Source: Macrostomum lignano
Lineage: Eukaryota
Reading direction: 5' to 3'
DNA length: 64,000 nucleotides
Assembly (NCBI GenBank): GCA_002269645.1
Contig: NIVC01002364.1
Location: forward strand, 95,813 to 159,812
In this document: one piece after another, positions 59,518 through 64,000 of the stretch
Numbering within the stretch: position 1 is the first letter of the stretch
Layout: each line of letters begins with the position of its first letter
Position numbers and translations under genes: made by a program
The notes under the pieces: generated by a model
What the model saw: the letters and a program-made list of their open reading frames with translations, nothing else
Databases searched by the model: none
What the model was told of the DNA's origin: nothing

Positions 59518-60126
59518 GGCTTGTGAGCAGCAAGTGAACCAAATGACGGATGCAGCGGCGAGATCAGAATGCTCGCTGCTGATCGTTAAAGCGCATTCTT
59601 GTCTCTTAGGCATGTCGCTGGCGTTGCTGACTTCAGAAGCTGCGAGGAAAAGAAATCAATTAAGATAGGCTTGCTTTAGTAATCATTAATAGGCTATAAA
59701 GGAACCCTTTAATAGAACGTGTTCAACTAATGCTGGGTCTGTTTTGAAAAGTCAGAACTCAGAAGTAGTCGCGATTAGAATCAGTATTGTCCCAATAAGT
59801 GCGACCCAACAAATGCTGTTCAAAAAATAGGCCTGGCTGCAATGTCCCAATAAATGCCCAACAAATTACTAGCCTTGAGCTAGGCTGGGCTGTGTTTACT
59901 ATTCATTGCGTTTGTAGCTTGTGTCCCAACAATGCCACTGAGATTGTTGCATTGCTTTTGAATTGTGCTCTACCAGGTAACACAAGTACTCTGGTGTACA
60001 ATACTTCTACAGCAGATAATACTCACCCAAAACAGATCGTCTCTTTCTCTTTAATCCTGTGCCGGACGGGTTTTCTTCAGATCCACCAGAAAATTCACAA
60101 ATAGACTGACTGCCTGCACGGATAGC

Positions 60127-60159
<33 letters not shown>

Positions 60160-60766
60160 GGCTTGTGAGCAGCAAGTGAACCAAATGACGGATGCAGCGG
60201 CGAGATCAGAATGCTCGCTGCTGATCGTTAAAGCGCATTCTTGTCTCTTAGGCATGTCGCTGGCGTTGCTGACTTCAGAAGCTGCGAGGAAAAGAAATCA
60301 ATTAAGATAGGCTTGCTTTAGTAATCATTAATAGGCTATAAAGGAACCCTTTAATAGAACGTGTTCAACTAATGCTGGGTCTGTTTTGAAAAGTCAGAAC
60401 TCAGAAGTAGTCGCGATTAGAATCAGTATTGTCCCAATAAGTGCGACCCAACAAATGCTGTTCAAAAAATAGGCCTGGCTGCAATGTCCCAATAAATGCC
60501 CAACAAATTACTAGCCTTGAGCTAGGCTGGGCTGTGTTTACTATTCATTGCGTTTGTAGCTTGTGTCCCAACAATGCCACTGAGATTGTTGCATTGCTTT
60601 TGAATTGTGCTCTACCAGGTAACACAAGTACTCTGGTGTACAATACTTCTACAGCAGATAATACTCACCCAAAACAGATCGTCTCTTTCTCTTTAATCCT
60701 GTGCCGGACGGGTTTTCTTCAGATCCACCAGAAAATTCACAAATAGACTGACTGCCTGCACGGATA

Positions 60767-60801
<35 letters not shown>

Positions 60802-61409
60802 GGCTTGTGAGCAGCAAGTGAACCAAATGACGGATGCAGCGGCGAGATCAGAATGCTCGCTGCTGATCGTTAAAGCGCATTCTTGTCTCTTAGGCATGTC
60901 GCTGGCGTTGCTGACTTCAGAAGCTGCGAGGAAAAGAAATCAATTAAGATAGGCTTGCTTTAGTAATCATTAATAGGCTATAAAGGAACCCTTTAATAGA
61001 ACGTGTTCAACTAATGCTGGGTCTGTTTTGAAAAGTCAGAACTCAGAAGTAGTCGCGATTAGAATCAGTATTGTCCCAATAAGTGCGACCCAACAAATGC
61101 TGTTCAAAAAATAGGCCTGGCTGCAATGTCCCAATAAATGCCCAACAAATTACTAGCCTTGAGCTAGGCTGGGCTGTGTTTACTATTCATTGCGTTTGTA
61201 GCTTGTGTCCCAACAATGCCACTGAGATTGTTGCATTGCTTTTGAATTGTGCTCTACCAGTAACACAAGTACTCTGGTGTACAATACTTCTACAGCAGAT
61301 AATACTCACCCAAAACAGATCGTCTCTTTCTCTTTAATCCTGTGCCGGACGGGTTTTCTTCAGATCCACCAGAAAATTCACAAATAGACTGACTGCCTGC
61401 ACGGATAGC

Positions 61410-61442
<33 letters not shown>

Positions 61443-63961
61443 GGCTTGTGAGCAGCAAGTGAACAAATGACGGATGCAGCGGCGAGATCAGAATGCTCGC
61501 TGCTGATCGTTAAAGCGCATTCTTGTCTCTTAGGCATGTCGCTGGCGTTGCTGACTTCAGAAGCTGCGAGGAAAAGAAATCAATTAAGATAGGCTTGCTT
61601 TAGTAATCATTAATAGGCTATAAAGGAACCCTTTAATAGAACGTGTTCAACTAATGCTGGGTCTGTTTTGAAAAGTCAGAACTCAGAAGTAGTCGCGATT
61701 AGAATCAGTATTGTCCCAATAAGTGCGACCCAACAAATGCTGTTCAAAAAATAGGCCTGGCTGCAATGTCCCAATAAATGCCCAACAAATTACTAGCCTT
61801 GAGCTAGGCTGGGCTGTGTTTACTATTCATTGCGTTTGTAGCTTGTGTCCCAACAATGCCACTGAGATTGTTGCATTGCTTTTGAATTGTGCTCTACCAG
61901 GTAACACAAGTACTCTGGTGTACAATACTTCTACAGCAGATAATACTCACCCAAAACAGATCGTCTCTTTCTCTTTAATCCTGTGCCGGACGGGTTTTCT
62001 TCAGATCCACCAGAAAATTCACAAATAGACTGACTGCCTGCATGGATAGCGGCTGCTGCTGCTGCGGCTGCTGCTGCGGCTTGTGAGCAGCAAGTGAACC
62101 AAATGACGGATGCAGCGGCGAGATCAGAATGCTCGCTGCTGATCGTTAAAGCGCATTCTTGTCTCTTAGGCATGTCGCTGGCGTTGCTGACTTCAGAAGC
62201 TGCGAGGAAAAGAAATCAATTAAGATAGGCTTGCTTTAGTAATCATTAATAGGCTATAAAGGAACCCTTTAATAGAACGTGTTCAACTAATGCTGGGTCT
62301 GTTTTGAAAAGTCAGAACTCAGAAGTAGTCGCGATTAGAATCAGTATTGTCCCAATAAGTGCGACCCAACAAATGCTGTTCAAAAAATAGGCCTGGCTGC
62401 AATGTCCCAATAAATGCCCAACAAATTACTAGCCTTGAGCTAGGCTGGGCTGTGTTTACTATTCATTGCGTTTGTAGCTTGTGTCCCAACAATGCCACTG
62501 AGATTGTTGCATTGCTTTTGAATTGTGCTCTAAGTAACACAAGTACTCTGGTGTACAATACTTCTACAGCAGATAATACTCACCCAAAACAGATCGTCTC
62601 TTTCTCTTTAATCCTGTGCCGGACGGGTTTTCTTCAGATCCACCAGAAAATTCACAAATAGACTGACTGCCTGCACGGATAGCGGCTGCTGCTGCTGCTG
62701 CTGCTGCTGCTGCGGCTTGTGAGCAGCAAGTGAACCAAATGACGGATGCAGCGGCGAGATCAGAATGCTCGCTGCTGATCGTTAAAGCGCATTCTTGTCT
62801 CTTAGGCATGTCGCTGGCGTTGCTGACTTCAGAAGCTGCGAGGAAAAGAAATCAATTAAGATAGGCTTGCTTTAGTAATCATTAATAGGCTATAAAGGAA
62901 CCCTTTAATAGAACGTGTTCAACTAATGCTGGGTCTGTTTTGAAAAGTCAGAACTCAGAAGTAGTCGCGATTAGAATCAGTATTGTCCCAATAAGTGCGA
63001 CCCAACAAATGCTGTTCAAAAAATAGGCCTGGCTGCAATGTCCCAATAAATGCCCAACAAATTACTAGCCTTGAGCTAGGCTGGGCTGTGTTTACTATTC
63101 TTTGCGTTTGTAGCTTGTGTCCCAACAATGCCACTGAGATTGTTGCATTGCTTTTGAATTGTGCTCTACCAGGTAACACAAGTACTCTGGTGTACAATAC
63201 TTCTACAGCAGATAATACTCACCCAAAACAGATCGTCTCTTTCTCTTTAATCCTGTGCCGGACGGTTTTCTTCAGATCCACCAGAAAATTCACAAATAGA
63301 CTGACTGCCTGCACGGATAGCGGCTGCTGCTGCTGCTGCTGCTGCTGCTGCGGCTTGTGAGCAGCAAGTGAACCAAATGACGGATGCAGCGGCGAGATCA
63401 GAATGCTCGCTGCTGATCGTTAAAGCGCATTCTTGTCTCTTAGGCATGTCGCTGGCGTTGCTGACTTCAGAAGCTGCGAGGAAAAGAAATCAATTAAGAT
63501 AGGCTTGCTTTAGTAATCATTAATAGGCTATAAAGGAACCCTTTAATAGAACGTGTTCAACTAATGCTGGGTCTGTTTTGAAAAGTCAGAACTCAGAAGT
63601 AGTCGCGATTAGAATCAGTATTGTCCCAATAAGTGCGACCCAACAAATGCTGTTCAAAAAATAGGCCTGGCTGCAATGTCCCAATAAATGCCCAACAAAT
63701 TACTAGCCTTGAGCTAGGCTGGGCTGTGTTTACTTTCATTGCGTTTGTAGCTTGTGTCCCAACAATGCCACTGAGATTGTTGCATTGCTTTTGAATTGTG
63801 CTCTACCAGTAACACAAGTACTCTGGTGTACAATACTTCTACAGCAGATAATACTCACCCAAAACAGATCGTCTCTTTCTCTTTAATCCTGTGCCAGACG
63901 GGTTTTCTTCAGATCACCAGAAAATTCACAAATAGACTGACTGCCTGCACGGATAGCGGCA

Positions 63962-63993
<32 letters not shown>

Positions 63994-64000
63994 GGCTTTG

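Larger units (their letters stand above)
53231..64000 (-). repeat. ~642-bp tandem array (17 (CTG)n-containing units including a diverged leftmost one; runs off the right edge). Each unit is a ~255-nt exon-like segment plus a ~387-nt intron-like segment
   Basis: Near-identical units recur with CTG tracts at ~53300, 53940, 54585, 55231/55625, 56267, 56912, 57553, 58195, 58839, 59483, 60128, 60768, 61410, 62050, 62685, 63322 and 63958. Unit length varies mainly by CTG copy number. Confidence 0.97.

Noticed and set aside
53611-63360. Plus-strand 101-aa ORF repeated in each array unit, and polyQ/polyC readings of the CTG tract
   Set aside because: It starts at a GTG, is broken in several units by intronic 1-2 bp indels, and lacks splice signals. 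The poly-Gln and poly-Cys frames contain nearby stops.
53231-64000. Array as a 5S rRNA, snRNA, SL-RNA or histone gene cluster
   Set aside because: No recognisable 5S, U1/U2/U6 or histone sequence in the unit. The minus-strand TTACCTGG is only a partial U1-like 8-mer without U1 structure, and I found no SL-type exon/Sm-site arrangement.

Overview
Eukaryotic (metazoan) genomic DNA: compact spliced genes whose introns and spacers are filled with many different mini- and microsatellites. The style is reminiscent of the flatworm Macrostomum, but this is inference only. Most long ORFs in the supplied track are repeat artefacts. By hand-joining GT-AG exons in consistent phase I can support these genes: the 5' end of an IP3-receptor-like gene (minus, runs off the left edge), an orphan 431-aa secreted/surface protein, a partial GPCR-like terminal exon, MRPL32, a catalytically dead neuroligin-like cholinesterase-domain protein, MEIG1, and an orphan ~723-aa polytopic membrane protein. 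Mobile DNA includes a hAT-type MITE, a TA-flanked MITE containing a full-length tRNA-derived SINE, and several SINE fragments. The last 11 kb is a ~642-bp tandem array in which each unit is a splice-flanked, phase 1-1, poly-Ala exon plus an intron. One unit's (CAG)n tract is interrupted by a 380-bp GC-rich retroposon-like insert. That insert begins exactly at the predicted cleavage site of an HDV/CPEB3-like self-cleaving ribozyme fold and ends in a (GAAA)n tail. It is the most notable object in the window.
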